NCBI RefSeq assembly: GCF_022045235.1
Contig: NW_027266286.1
Location: 74,710,001 to 74,774,000 of the forward strand
DNA from: Haliotis cracherodii
Lineage: Eukaryota
Direction: 5' to 3'
DNA length: 64,000 nucleotides
The notes under the pieces were generated by a model. The model saw nothing but the letters and a program-made list of their open reading frames with translations. It did not search any database and was not told where the DNA came from. Shown piece by piece: positions 13,101-25,900 of the stretch. The number at the start of each line of letters is the position of its first letter. Within the stretch, counting starts at the first letter, position 1. A program made the translations under genes and the position numbers.

Positions 13101-13711
13101 TCACAGATTAAACCTGTCTAAGAGAAAGTCCCAGTATGAAGTGTCCTGGCCATGGAGATATTCAAGTATATCATCCTCTACATAATCTGGCTCTTTGCCA
13201 GTTCTTGCATTAAAGTCACCCCCTAAAATGCACGAAACGTCACCAACATCACCTAGGATGTCAAGCAGTTCATCCTGAAATAGCAATATACCGTTTTTAG
13301 ATCCAACATTACTGTCGTACCATGTAGATCCTTCTGGGTGAATATACACACAGCAGTATAACACGTGTTTTTCAAGTCCAAACAGTGACCTGTCTAGTAA
13401 TAGATATACACCATTTGCTGTGATCCATGAGTTTTTAACATACGCTAAAAGATGCTTTTTTACGAAGACACAAATTCCACCTGAAGGTCTTCCAAAATTT
13501 GCTATCTTGTCTGCTGTCTTAATAAAGTCGGTGTATTCGCAGAACGTATCATCAAAATTTAGTTTCTGGGTCCATGTCTCTGTCAAACCAATTATGTCAA
13601 ATGTTTTTAAAAATGATAGACACTCACAGTCTGATAACTTTGAGAGCAACCCTGAGATATTCCAAAACACTAGTTTCACAGCATTACTGATACTACAAGT
13701 AGGTTCAGACG
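10190..13711 (-). mobile_element. Near-intact 5'-truncated non-LTR retrotransposon (APE endonuclease + RT + C-terminal CCHC; RTE-X-like) inserted in the satellite
   Basis: ORFs 13101-13679 (WNISG, LTETW, GDFNAR) and 10272-13022 (QAGFR, VDFSKAFD, GVRQG, LFADD, RLCKQC..EDEFHFLLVC) are in the same frame, separated by one TGA at 13101-13103. The 3' UTR carries AATAAA. The clade assignment is from motif recollection only. Confidence 0.92.
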
Positions 13712-16700
13712 AATGTTGTATGTGTGTTGTGTGTCACTGTATCAGAGAAACTTGCCAACATCTCTCACGTTGGAGTAATGCTGTATGTGTGTTGTGTGTC
13801 ACTGTATCAGAGAAACTTGCCAACATCTCTCACGTTGGAGTAATGTTGTATGTGTGTTGTGTGTCACTGTATCAGAGAAACTTGCCACAATCTCTCACGT
13901 TGGAGTAATGTTGTATGTGTGTTGTGTGTCACTGTATCAGAGAAACTTGCCACAATCTCTCACGTTGGAGTAATGTTGTATGTGTGTTGTGTCACTGTAT
14001 CAGAGAAACTTGCCAACATCTCTCACGTTGGAGTAATGTTGTATGTGTGTTGTGTGTCACTGTATCAGAGAAACTTGCCACAATCTCTCACGTTGGAGTA
14101 ATGTTGTATGTGTGTTGTGTCACTGTATCAGAGAAACTTGCCAACATCTCTCACGTTGGAGTAATGTTGTATGTGTGTTGTGTGTCACTGTATCAGAGAA
14201 ACTTGCCACAATCTCTCACGTTGGAGTAATGTTGTATGTGTGTGTTGTGTGTCACTGTATCAGAGAAACTTGCCAACATCTCTCACGTTGGAGTAATGTT
14301 GTATGTGTGTTGTGTGTCACTGTATCAGAGAAACTTGCCAACATCTCTCACGTTGGAGTAATGTTGTATGTGTGTTGTGTCACTGTATCAGAGAAACTTG
14401 CCACAATCTCTCACGTTGGAGTAATGTTGTATGTGTGTTGTGTCACTGTATCAGAGAAACTTGCCAACATCTCTCACGTTGGAGTAATGTTGTATGTGTG
14501 TTGTGTGTCACTTTATCAGAGAAACTTGCCAACATCTCTCACGTTGGAGTAATGTTGTATGTGTGTTGTGTGTCACTGTATCAGAGAAACTTGCCAACAT
14601 CTCTCACGTTGGAGTAATGTTATATGTGTGTTGTGTGTCACTGTATCGGAGAAACTTGCCAACATCTCTCATGTTGGAGTAATGTTGTATGTGTGTTGTG
14701 TGTCACTGTATCAGAGAAACTTGCCAACATCTCTCACGTTGGAGTAATGTTGTATGTGTGTTGTGTGTCACTGTATCAGAGAAACTTGCCACAATCTCTC
14801 ACGTTGGAGTAATGTTGTATGTGTGTGTTGTGTGTCACTGTATCAGAGAAACTTGCCAACATCTCTCACGTTGGAGTAATGTTGTATGTGTGTTGTGTGT
14901 CACTGTATCAGAGAAACTTGCCAACATCTCTCACGTTGGAGTAATGTTGTATGTGTGTTGTGTGTCACTGTATCAGAGAAACTTGCCACAATCTCTCACG
15001 TTGGAGTAATGTTGTATGTGAGTTGTGTGTCACTGTATCAGAGAAACTTGCCAACATCTCTCACGTTGGAGTAATGTTGTATGTGTGTTGTGTGTCACTG
15101 TATCAGAGAAACTTGCCAACATCTCTCACGTTGGAGTAATGTTGTATGTGTGTTGTGTGTCACTGTATCAGAGAAACTTGCCAACATCTCTCACGTTGGA
15201 GTAATGTTGTATGTGTGTTGTGTCACTGTATCAGAGAAACTTGCCAACATCTCTCACGTTGGAGTAATGTTGTATGTGTGTTGTGTGTCACTGTATCAGA
15301 GAAACTTGCCACAATCTCTCACGTTGGAGTAATGTTGTATGTGTGTTGTGTCACTGTATCAGAGAAACTTGCCAACATCTCTCACGTTGGAGTAATGCTG
15401 TATGTGTGTTGTGTGTCACTGTATCAGAGAAACTTGCCACAATCTCTCACGTTGGAGTAATGTTGTATGTGTGTGTTGTGTGTCACTGTATCAGAGAAAC
15501 TTGCCAACATCTCTCACGTTGGAGTAATGTTGTATGTGTGTTGTGTGTCACTGTATCAGAGAAACTTGCCAACATCTCTCACGTTGGAGTAATGTTGTAT
15601 GTGTGTTGTGTCACTGTATCAGAGAAACTTGCCACAATCTCTCACGTTGGAGTAATGTTGTATGTGTGTTGTGTCACTGTATCAGAGAAACTTGCCAACA
15701 TCTCTCACGTTGGAGTAATGTTGTATGTGTGTTGTGTGTCACTTTATCAGAGAAACTTGCCAACATCTCTCACGTTGGAGTAATGTTGTATGTGTGTTGT
15801 GTGTCACTGTATCAGAGAAACTTGCCAACATCTCTCACGTTGGAGTAATGTTATATGTGTGTTGTGTGTCACTGTATCGGAGAAACTTGCCAACATCTCT
15901 CATGTTGGAGTAATGTTGTATGTGTGTTGTGTGTCACTGTATCAGAGAAACTTGCCAACATCTCTCACGTTGGAGTAATGTTGTATGTGTGTTGTGTGTC
16001 ACTGTATCAGAGAAACTTGCCACAATCTCTCACGTTGGAGTAATGTTGTATGTGTGTGTTGTGTGTCACTGTATCAGAGAAACTTGCCAACATCTCTCAC
16101 GTTGGAGTAATGTTGTATGTGTGTTGTGTGTCACTGTATCAGAGAAACTTGCCAACATCTCTCACGTTGGAGTAATGTTGTATGTGTGTTGTGTGTCACT
16201 GTATCAGAGAAACTTGCCAACATCTCTCACGTTGGAGTAATGTTGTATGTGTGTTGTGTGTCACTGTATCAGAGAAACTTGCCACAATCTCTCACGTTGG
16301 AGTAATGTTGTATGTGAGTTGTGTGTCACTGTATCAGAGAAACTTGCCAACATCTCTCACGTTGGAGTAATGTTGTATGTGTGTTGTGTGTCACTGTATC
16401 AGAGAAACTTGCCAACATCTCTCACGTTGGAGTAATGTTGTATGTGTGTTGTGTGTCACTGTATCAGAGAAACTTGCCAACATCTCTCACGTTGGAGTAA
16501 TGTTGTATGTGTGTTGTGTGTCACTGTATCAGAGAAACTTGCCAACATCTCTCACGTTGGAGTAATGTTGTATGTGTGTTGTGTGTCACTGTATCAGAGA
16601 AACATGCCAACATCTCTCACGTTGGAGTAATGTTGTATGTGTGTTGTGTGTCACTGTATCAGAGAAACTTGCCAACATCTCTCACGTTGGAGTAATGCTG

Positions 16701-17345
16701 TATGTGTGTTGTGTCACTGTATCAGAGAAACTTGCCAACATCTCTCACGTTGGAGTAATGTTGTATGTGTGTTGTGTGTCACTGTATCAGAGAAACTTGC
16801 CAACATCTCTCACGTTGGAGTAATGTTGTATGTGTGTTGTGTCACTGTATCAGAGAAACTTGCCACAATCTCTCACGTTGGAGTAATGTTGTATGTGTGT
16901 TGTGTGTCACTGTATCGGAGAAACTTGCCAACATCTCTCACGTTGGAGTAATGTTGTATGTGTGTTGTGTCACTGTATCAGAGAAACTTGCCACAATCTC
17001 TCACGTTGGAGTAATGTTGTATGTGTGTTGTGTGTCACTGTATCAGAGAAACTTGCCAACATCTCTCACGTTGGAGTAATGTTGTATGTGTGTTGTGTGT
17101 CACTGTATCAGAGAAACTTGCCAACATCTCTCACGTTGGAGTAATGTTGTATGTGTGTTGTGTGTCACTGTATCAGAGAAACTTGCCAACATCTCTCATG
17201 TTGGAGTAATGTTGTATGTGTGTTGTGTGTCACTGTATCGGAGAAACTTGCCAACATCTCTCACGTTGGAGTAATGCTGTATGTGTGTTGTGTGTCACTG
17301 TACCAGAGAAACTTACCAACATTTACTCATGTTGGAGTAATGTTG
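13712..17345. repeat. 63-67-bp satellite, right arm (~55 units), with a ~1231-bp higher-order duplication
   Basis: Same unit as the left arm. Diagnostic variants recur 1231 bp apart, e.g. CACTTTATC at ~14509 and ~15740. Confidence 0.97.
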
Positions 17346-17994
17346 AAACTTACGGACATTTACCTCACAGAGTAATTTTGTAAATTGTTTTCGTTGAGAT
17401 TTGAAACAAAAATACGCTTTTGCAATAACCCTGCAACATTTCATGAATTGATGGTTCCTGGTTTTCTCTGTTTATTGGACAGCTCTAGGAAAGAATAACT
17501 ATGGTTATTACGAAGGGATCACTAATTTTAGTTCGTTATGACCATAGTTCATTATAAGCTTATGGACAGCAAATATACAGCAAAAGGCCGGGGCCAAAAA
17601 TTAAGTTCACTAATAAACATAGTTTATTGTATGTCTATGAAGCACATCAAATAATGTAGGACCTATCAGGCAATATGTTGAATGGTATTTGTTTGAATAA
17701 GATTAATTATAATAGTGAAATATTTTTCAACATGCAATATCTTTTGACATGAGGGAGTAACAAACAAATTGTTTCACAGAAATATTGCATTATATACTTG
17801 ACTCTTCTAACTGCAGTACCACACTGAAAGCAAATGTCAGTCCTTTCTCAGGATTCCATTTGGCGTGACTTGAGAACTAATTGTTCTATATTTTACTCTA
17901 TGAGTGTTGCATGGGTACATAATCTATAAGTATGATATCTAAGTGTAAATTGTAATGCAAGTTAATGAAGACGTTTTTTTGTTTTGTTTCCCAG

Positions 17995-18170
17995 TTGTTG
18001 AAGAAATGGACAGTGATGATGAAGAAGAGAGTGTTCCCATGGTAACAATTGGCATCCGCAAGGTGCCCTACCAGGAAGTGACCCCTGACATGGTGGAACA
18101 GATGACCCCAGCGGAGAAGGACGAGTATATACGTATTGGCCAGGAGTTGTATTCAGATATGTACGAATGA
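17995..18170 (+). CDS. GTF2E1: TFIIE-alpha last coding exon (VEEMDSDDEEE...QMTPAEKDEYIRIGQELYSDMYE*)
   Basis: Polypyrimidine tract with CCAG acceptor, conserved acidic C-terminal domain, and TGA followed by AATAAA at 18173. Exon lengths sum to 1230 nt (409 aa). Confidence 0.93.
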
Positions 18171-18528
18171 TGAATAAAGTGAATGTTTTTGTAAAGAATA
18201 TTGTGTTGATGTTCCAGTATGTGAGAGGCTATGAGGTAGGCAGGGCGCTGGTGTGTCCACTCATCACAGACAAAACAGGGTGTTCTTCCCACCTGGTTGT
18301 ATACCTTGGTGTCATATCATATCATGGGGTTGATGCTGTTTTGATCAGTTTTAGCACAAAACCAGTGCTTCAACTTGTGCTAAAAGATCACAGTAGAGCC
18401 ACAGTGATCCATGTGTAAATATTGCTGATGCAGAGGTCAACAAAAAAGACTCATCCTGGGGGCATTCCAGTAGTCTCATGGTTGAGGTATTGGAAATACA
18501 ACTCGGGTCAATTCATAGATTTAAGTGC

Positions 18529-18678
18529 GTGAGTTTGGTTTTAGGCCACTTTTTGCAATATTCCATCAATGTCACGACGGGAAACACCAGAAATGGGCTT
18601 CACACATTGTACCCATGTAGGGAATCGAAGCCGGGCCTTTGGCATGACGAGCAAACGCTTCAACCACTAGGCTGCCCC
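18529..18678 (-). mobile_element. SINE family A copy (diverged)
   Basis: Reverse complement matches 4023-4186 (CACCAGAAATGGGCTTCACACATTGTACCCATG..GGGAATCGAA). Confidence 0.85.
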
Positions 18679-19109
18679 ATCTACATTGAAGAATAACTCT
18701 ACAAGATGATTGGCTTGATATGAGGGAGTTCCTGGTTATCACATGGTCAACCAGGCAAAATTGAGTGAAATACAGGTTAAGCAGAACCATACAATGAGAT
18801 ACAGAATAATTCATTTTATTGAGCCATGGATTGTTGAACCTTATTGTCAAGTATCTGTTGGATTGTAGTCGTATATAACATGACTTGGTGCTGTGGATAT
18901 TTTCATGACAGTAACATTTCAACTGTCATATATTTCAAATATCTGCACCAACAGCGAATGCAGTCTATGTACTAACAACTTCAGGATTCCTGGGGATGGA
19001 AAAAAAATCTACTGATAGAACAACACAGAAGATAACCATGGTAACACCTAGCACCCCAACTACTGCTTAGTATCATTAATATACTGAATGATACACTGCT
19101 TTTGTTCTA

Positions 19110-19365
19110 CAGTCAAACCTCATTATCTTGAACCCCGTTCTCTCGAATGTACCGATATCTCGAACCTTGTCTCCGGTCCAGACAACCTTTCTATACCATG
19201 TTCATGCCTCATTATCTCGAACCCCGTTATCTCAAATGTACAGATATCTCGAACCTTGTCCCCGGTCCAGACCACCTTTCTATACCATGTTCATGCCTCA
19301 TTATCTCAAATGTCCGGATATCTCCAAGTTACAAGACGGCCCCTCTAGAATCGAGAGTTTGAATG
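19110..19365. mobile_element. Tc1/mariner-pogo-like MITE with an internal ~84-bp duplication
   Basis: TA-CAGTCAAACCTC ... GAGTTTGAATG-TA termini, TA flanks. Confidence 0.65.
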
Positions 19366-19631
19366 TATTTACTAAAGTGGCAAACATTCGTCATCTTTGA
19401 AATACTGGTACATACTATATGCCTTGTCATGCTAACCTTGACATCTGTCCCGTTTTTTCTTTCCTTCAGTATATGACATTGCAGACTGTCAAATCAGTTA
19501 GCCCAATTTAGCTCTTAACCAAAAAAATTATATTATAAAAAAATATCCAGTTATAAGTAGTTAGTGTTATGTATTAACATCTGCCAACAAAATGCGTAAA
19601 AGAAGGACCAAATTAAGTAAAATAAAGTTGC

Positions 19632-19995
19632 AATGCTACATCATAGAACACACTGATGACAAGAAACGTTACAGTGCTACATCATATAACACACCGATGA
19701 CAAGAAACGTTACAGTACTACATCATATAACACACCTATGACAAGAAACGTTACAGTGCTACATCATAGAACACACTGATGACAAGGAACGTTACAGTGC
19801 TACATCATAGAACACACTGATGACAAGAAACGTTACAGTGCTACATCATAGAACACACTGATGACAAGGAACGTTACAGTGCTACATCATAGAACACACT
19901 GATGACAAGAAACGTTTCAGTGCTACATCATAGAACACACTGATGACAAGAAACGTTACAGTGCTACATCATAGAACACACTGATGACAAGAAAC
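19632..19995. repeat. 41-bp tandem repeat (~9 copies) overlapping the PKS stop codon and 3' UTR
   Basis: Unit GTGCTACATCATAGAACACACTGATGACAAGAAACGTTACA. Confidence 0.95.
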
Positions 19996-22900
19996 ACTTA
20001 TTGGAACCCCTCTCTTCCAAGGTCATGTACCTTTGTTGTCTAAGACGCCCTACAGTAGATCCGGGGTTGTTCAAAGCATCAGTCACAAGACCCAGGAATG
20101 CCTCCACAAGGACACCTGCTCTGGAGGTTGTGAACAGGTCCCTCCTCAGGTGAAACTTGATCTCCATGAGCCTCGTCTCCTTCCTCTGCCAGATGTACAT
20201 GAATGTTTCAGTGGAAGAATCAAAGATAACCGGCATGTCTACTGTCAGCTGGTTGGATGCACTGGTGATGATATCAGTCTCATATATGAAGTAGTTCGTA
20301 CCAAGATTTTTGACCTCGGGAACAAGCTTCTTGATTTCTTCCGATGGATATATTGCATACTTTGTGAAGTGTTGTATAGCCTTGCTGTTGCTCTGTAGGA
20401 ACTCCTGCACAGTGGTAGTTTCCTCTGGCACTTGACAGATTAGAGGAATGAAGTTCGTGCATCTCCCCAACGATCTGGTCAGAGCAGGAACCAGGCCACG
20501 AAGGTCAACCGAGGTTGTGATGGTTGATGTTGTTTTGCTGCTGACAAAGGCAAGAAAGAGCTGGTAGATACTGGCAAGATAGTCAAAGGGTGTGAGACCC
20601 ATATCTCTCGCATACTTCAATATTTTAGTGTACAGGACATTGTTGATTGTTCTTGTGATGAAGATGTGGTCAATTTGCACATTGTGTTTTGTGGGACCTT
20701 TCGAAAGGCTGTTGTATGATATGTACATTGTCTTTGTTTTCCAAAACTGGCTTACTCTCTTGAAGTTTGGAGCAAGAATTTTCTGTATTTCCTTTGCTAT
20801 ATCCTTGTCTGTGTCAGTTACAACATCTACCAGGGGCTTACCCTGTTGTACTGCATTGGCCATGTTTTCAAGTTCTTTTACCAAGATTGTAATTGCTTTT
20901 AAATCAAATGCAAGTCTGTGGAAAACCATTCTGAGCTGTAAAGATCTTCCAAGGAATATGAATCGTAATGGACTCTGGTGTTGAAGATGCATTGGCTCTT
21001 CTGTATGCTTCTTGACCTCAGACATGTCATCTCCAGATAAAATACGGAAGTCGAACGCATTCTCCAAAGTCAACGTGTTTGTGGAGACATTTTCATGGCT
21101 GAAGATGTAAGTTGTTCTAGTGATTGGATGACGTGACACACACTCTTTCGCCACAGCAATCAATGTCGATACGTTTACCACATCCGGTACTGAAATGGTG
21201 CTGACAATTACAAAACCCATGTTGTGTTCACAGTCTGCCCTAAATCCACAGACTGACCTCGCGATTGACATGCTTATTGCCTGCTTACTGATTACAGTCT
21301 CCATGTCACTTGCCTGTGCCTGTTCCTTCTCTGTACCTGACAGGATGTCCAGTATTCTTTTGGCAATGTTGCATGTTGATTGAAGCTGTATTTCGTGAGT
21401 GGACAGCTTTACTCCAATGTCTGACAAGATTCCACCTGTAATTTCCATGGCATACATCGAGTCCACACCTTGATCCTTCATATTGGCGTCCATCTGAAAA
21501 CTGTTTACATCCAACAAAGCCTTATCACACACAAGATGTTTTACATATTCCCGGAGCATCTGCAGCCCTTCTTCCGCTGAGCAGGTACGTAGTTTGTCAA
21601 CATCGCAAGATCGTTTGCCGTCTTCTGATGTTGCCTGTTCATTTAGGATCTTCATGGCAGGTTCCAAATATGTCTTTAATCGCATCATCAAGGTTGTTTC
21701 TTTATCCCTTTGTAATTGTTCTGCCATTTTCTGTCTGTCTATTCTGCACACCAAGGCTTGGGGCTCGTTCAGCATCAGCATGTGTGTAAGACACTGACTG
21801 ACATCCTTCTTATTAATGACCATGTACCCTTGACTCTCCAACTTCTTCAATACAGATCCCTTTTTCTCCAGCATCCCAAGATCGAGAGGTCCCCAATTGA
21901 TACTCTGGCCACTCATTCCTCGCTGTCTTCTGTACACTGCCAATCCATCCAGGAATCCATTACCAGCTCCGTAGTTTGATTGACCAGCATTCCCCAGAAC
22001 AGCTGCCCCAGAAGAATGCAGGACAAAGAAGTCAAGAGGAAGATCTGCGGTCAGGATATGAAGATTCCAAGCACCAGTTACCTTTGGAGACATGGCTGTG
22101 ACAAGTTTTTCCTCTGTCATTTCAGCAAGGGAAGCATCCTGTAAAACAGCTGCCCCGTAGAATATGCCCTTGAGAGGTTTCAGATGTTTCCTTATCTTTA
22201 GTATAGCTGTTTCTATATCCTTGTAGACTGTGACATCAGTTTGAATAGATGTTATGTGACAGTTATGTTGCTGAGATAGATGGTCCATATCCACTTGTGT
22301 TTCAGGATTAGGCTTACGTCTACTCAGAATGATCACGCTTCCAGCGCCTCCTGCTGCAAGGGATGTCACACATTCCCATCCTAGTCCTGTCAGTCCCCCA
22401 ACAACCACATAAGAACCTGTGTCCTGGAACAGGTGGGTACTTGGTGTCATCATGGTTTCCATGTCAAAGTTGCTGTCTGAAGACAAGGACAACTCGGTGC
22501 TATTAAGAACTTCTGAGATGTTTAGTGGGATGACTGTTCCCTGTAGTTTTGAAACCCGGAAGTCATTGAAGCTGTCGCATATTTTGAAGACAGTTTCACT
22601 GTGGGATTTGATCCATTTAATCATTCTGGGTACTGTCTCAAGCATTACCCTCTGAGAAAATATTTCAAATGGTCGTATGACCTGAAGTTGAACGTCTTGC
22701 ACTGCCCCAAACAGGTTCTGGAGGACAGACTTTTTTGTGATTGGTTCAAAGCAAATGATTTTCCGTACATTTGTAAACATTTTCCAAAGTCTTTTGGCTT
22801 CTACTTCTGTCAGTAAAACTGTAGGAATCAATGTCACAAAATCGTCTCTTTGTAGTACAGTTTCATCTGGTTTGACTAATGACACATGTTTTGCCCCTTG

Positions 22901-25900
22901 TGAAAGAAGCAAGTGTGACATTGCATTTGCAAAGGTTTTACTGCTGCTTGAATACAAAATGACTACATTGTTCTTTGCAGTGTGAATGGACATCGACCAC
23001 ATAAGATACAGTGTGGTTAGCTGACTTGGGACATAACCAGGCATGTGTCTTGCATCTATGGTGCAGCTCTTTGGAACTTTGATATTCTTGCAAACATGTG
23101 TAGGAAAGAGGGTAATTTTGTCAGGATGGTTACTTCTTGATTTGGCTGATATTTTTCCAATTGCTTCGAGACACAGAATTGGGTGTATATCTGTTGTGGA
23201 TGCTCTAGGGCGTCCACTGTGAACTCCATGCAACAAAGGGCTATGCACCACCACAGAAGTCACAACAATATCAGTCATATCTTTTGTGGAAGTTGTTGTC
23301 TTTTCTTTTGGGTAGAAAAATGGATTAACTATTGATGTTTTTGATTTTGAGCAGAGCAAACCCTCAGTGTGTTCATCCATTGTAGCTGCCCGAAACACAG
23401 GCTGTGGGTTTGGGTGTGGCAGAATTGTGTTCATGTACATTTTGTCATTGTGGAATTTCATCTCAGGATACCTCATGAAGTCCTCGGATGTGCTTTGTGA
23501 TAATATCCCTGGGAGGCTTGCTAAGAACTTCTCGTCATTGTCGACTAGAACATCCACAAGCTGAATGTGGAGAGCTCTATACTCCCTCAAGACACACCTC
23601 ATGAAACCTTTGACAGCTTCACTAAGACAGCCACTGGCAGCATTATCTCCTGCGTCTCGTATCTCTGAAATGATCACCAGTGGAACAGACACTCCTCTGC
23701 TGGCAGCGTAAAGGGCAATCAGTCTCAAGGACATGATCCTCCTTGTGAGTTCTTTTTGCAGCGATTCTCCCGTGTCTGTTATGAGGTCAGTTACTGCAAA
23801 GACAAAGCAGATTTGCTTGATGTTATGTATGACAGAGTCAAGCGCACGTTTTGTGCCTTCAACTCCCATGTGATCCAATTCATGTATGACACAGGCTAGA
23901 TCCACATTGGTTAGATCTACGTTGGTGAAGATGACTAATCCAGTGTCAACATTGTTCTGAGAAACGTGAAAGGAACCCAAGGGAACCAAGCTTGTTTTGA
24001 ATGTTGCATTGTGAATATCAAAAGTGTCTGATCCTATAAATTTTGTTGTGAATCTTTCAACATGTGCTATGACAGATCCATCAGGTGAAAGAAGTGTCAA
24101 GGTAAATGAGGTGTGTGATCTGGTGGAGTCTGTCATTCTTGCATAAACAAACATTTCGGTCTTCACTGAATGTCTGACAGTTACATTCTTAAGCTCGACT
24201 GGAAGAAATTCTTTTTCTTCCATGTTGAACGCAGCTGCTGACTGCAGCATTCCATCGAGTATTGCCGGATGAATTACAGTGTTGGTCATCTCCTCTTTCA
24301 GCTTTTGTCCAACTGTTAACTTTGTTAGACTTTCAGATTCCCCCCTCAGTGCATAGTTCATAGTTGCAAAGTTAGGACCGTATGTAAATCCTGAATACTT
24401 CAGAGCTTGATACACCTCGTCGCCAGTGACTGTTTCGGTACATCGCTCCTGTATGGCCTCCATGTCCATCCGCTCCTCATCAGGTGCACTGTCGCACACC
24501 AGTATTCTCCCCTTTGCAATGGCAACACCTGTACTTTGGATGGTGAAAGTTTTCGTACAGTCGTTCGCAATTTGATCCTCAACCTCAACATCTAGTTGAA
24601 CAGACATTTCTTTTTTTAAAGTAACTGGATTCAGAAAGCTGACTGATATGATCAGATTTCTAACATTGGCAATATTCATTGACCTTGCGAATCCAAACCC
24701 TGCCTCGACGTAGGTTGCACCTGGGACAACAACAATGTCCTTGATCTTGTGTTCATAGACAGTTCCAAACGTAGATGGGCGGATGTTCAGCATGCATTTG
24801 TCTGTGGAAGATGACAGTTTTACAAAGAGATGATTGCCAGAGTTTCCACTGGATCCAAACACTTCTTCTTCCGTAATTACAGGCAGGATCATTAGGTACT
24901 TGTGCGAGAAGGCATAACACGGCATTGGTGTTGGAGGTTCTGTGTGCGTGAATATTTCCTGCCAGTTTATGTTCACCTTCAGCTGGTACAGCTCAGAGAG
25001 GGTCACCAGCATCGTGTTCTCACTAAACTTAACTGTCAAGGAAGGAAGGCATAGACATGATGGCGAACCTTTTGTAAAAATATCATCCATGTGAGCTTTC
25101 AATACTGGCTGAGGGCCAATCTCTATAAATACATTGAGATGATTGTCAGAGGTAGATCTTTCTATTGCTGATGCGAACTGAACAGGGTTTCGAACATTCT
25201 TACCCCAGTATTCTGATGAATTAACATCCTTCTCTGTGAGGTGAGCATCAGCTGTTGATATCATAGGTATTCTTGCCGGTAACGACTTCAGATTGGCTAG
25301 TACACTGTCCAACTGTATCTTGCTCTGATCCATGTGGTGGCTGTGGTACGCAGCACCAACATGAAGATCAGTCAGTGTAAGATTGCTGTGAGAAAGTTGA
25401 AGACGTGACCTCAAATCATCCACGGCAGCAGAGTCACCACTAACTGCACACGACACAGGACTGTAAGAAAGTGCAATGTTCACGCCTGCAATGTCTTCAC
25501 AAATTTCCTGTACATTGTCCGTTTTAAGGTTTCTGACAAGAAGCATCTTACCACCTGTGGCTTCAGCTAGGATTCGAGACCTGTGGTAGATGACCCTCAC
25601 AGCTTCACTCAGGGACAGGATTCCAGCCATGTGTGCTGCAGCCACCTCTCCCACTGACTGGCCCACAACAACTGCTGGCACCACTCCCCAAGATTCCCAC
25701 TGTTTGGCCAGCGCAACCTGACAAGCAAATATGGCGATCGGACCAAACAGAGGGTCTTCTACGTCATAACCGCTTCTCAGCCTTTTGGTCAATGACCAGG
25801 ACACGAACCTTTTCAAGGACACATCAATCATGTTGATTGTTTTGGAGAAAGTTTTGTTCATTTTCATGAAGCCATCACACATTCCTGACCAAGCAGTGCC

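Noticed and set aside
13101-13103. Programmed read-through or selenocysteine at the in-frame TGA of the LINE
   Set aside because: The related LINE at ~45280 has a sense codon at the equivalent position, so an ordinary nonsense mutation is the simpler explanation.
8845-17345. Regular repeats as a CRISPR array, or Cys-rich ORFs as metallothionein-like proteins
   Set aside because: The monomers abut with no unique spacers, there are no cas genes and the context is eukaryotic. The ORFs are frame-rotating translations of the satellite.
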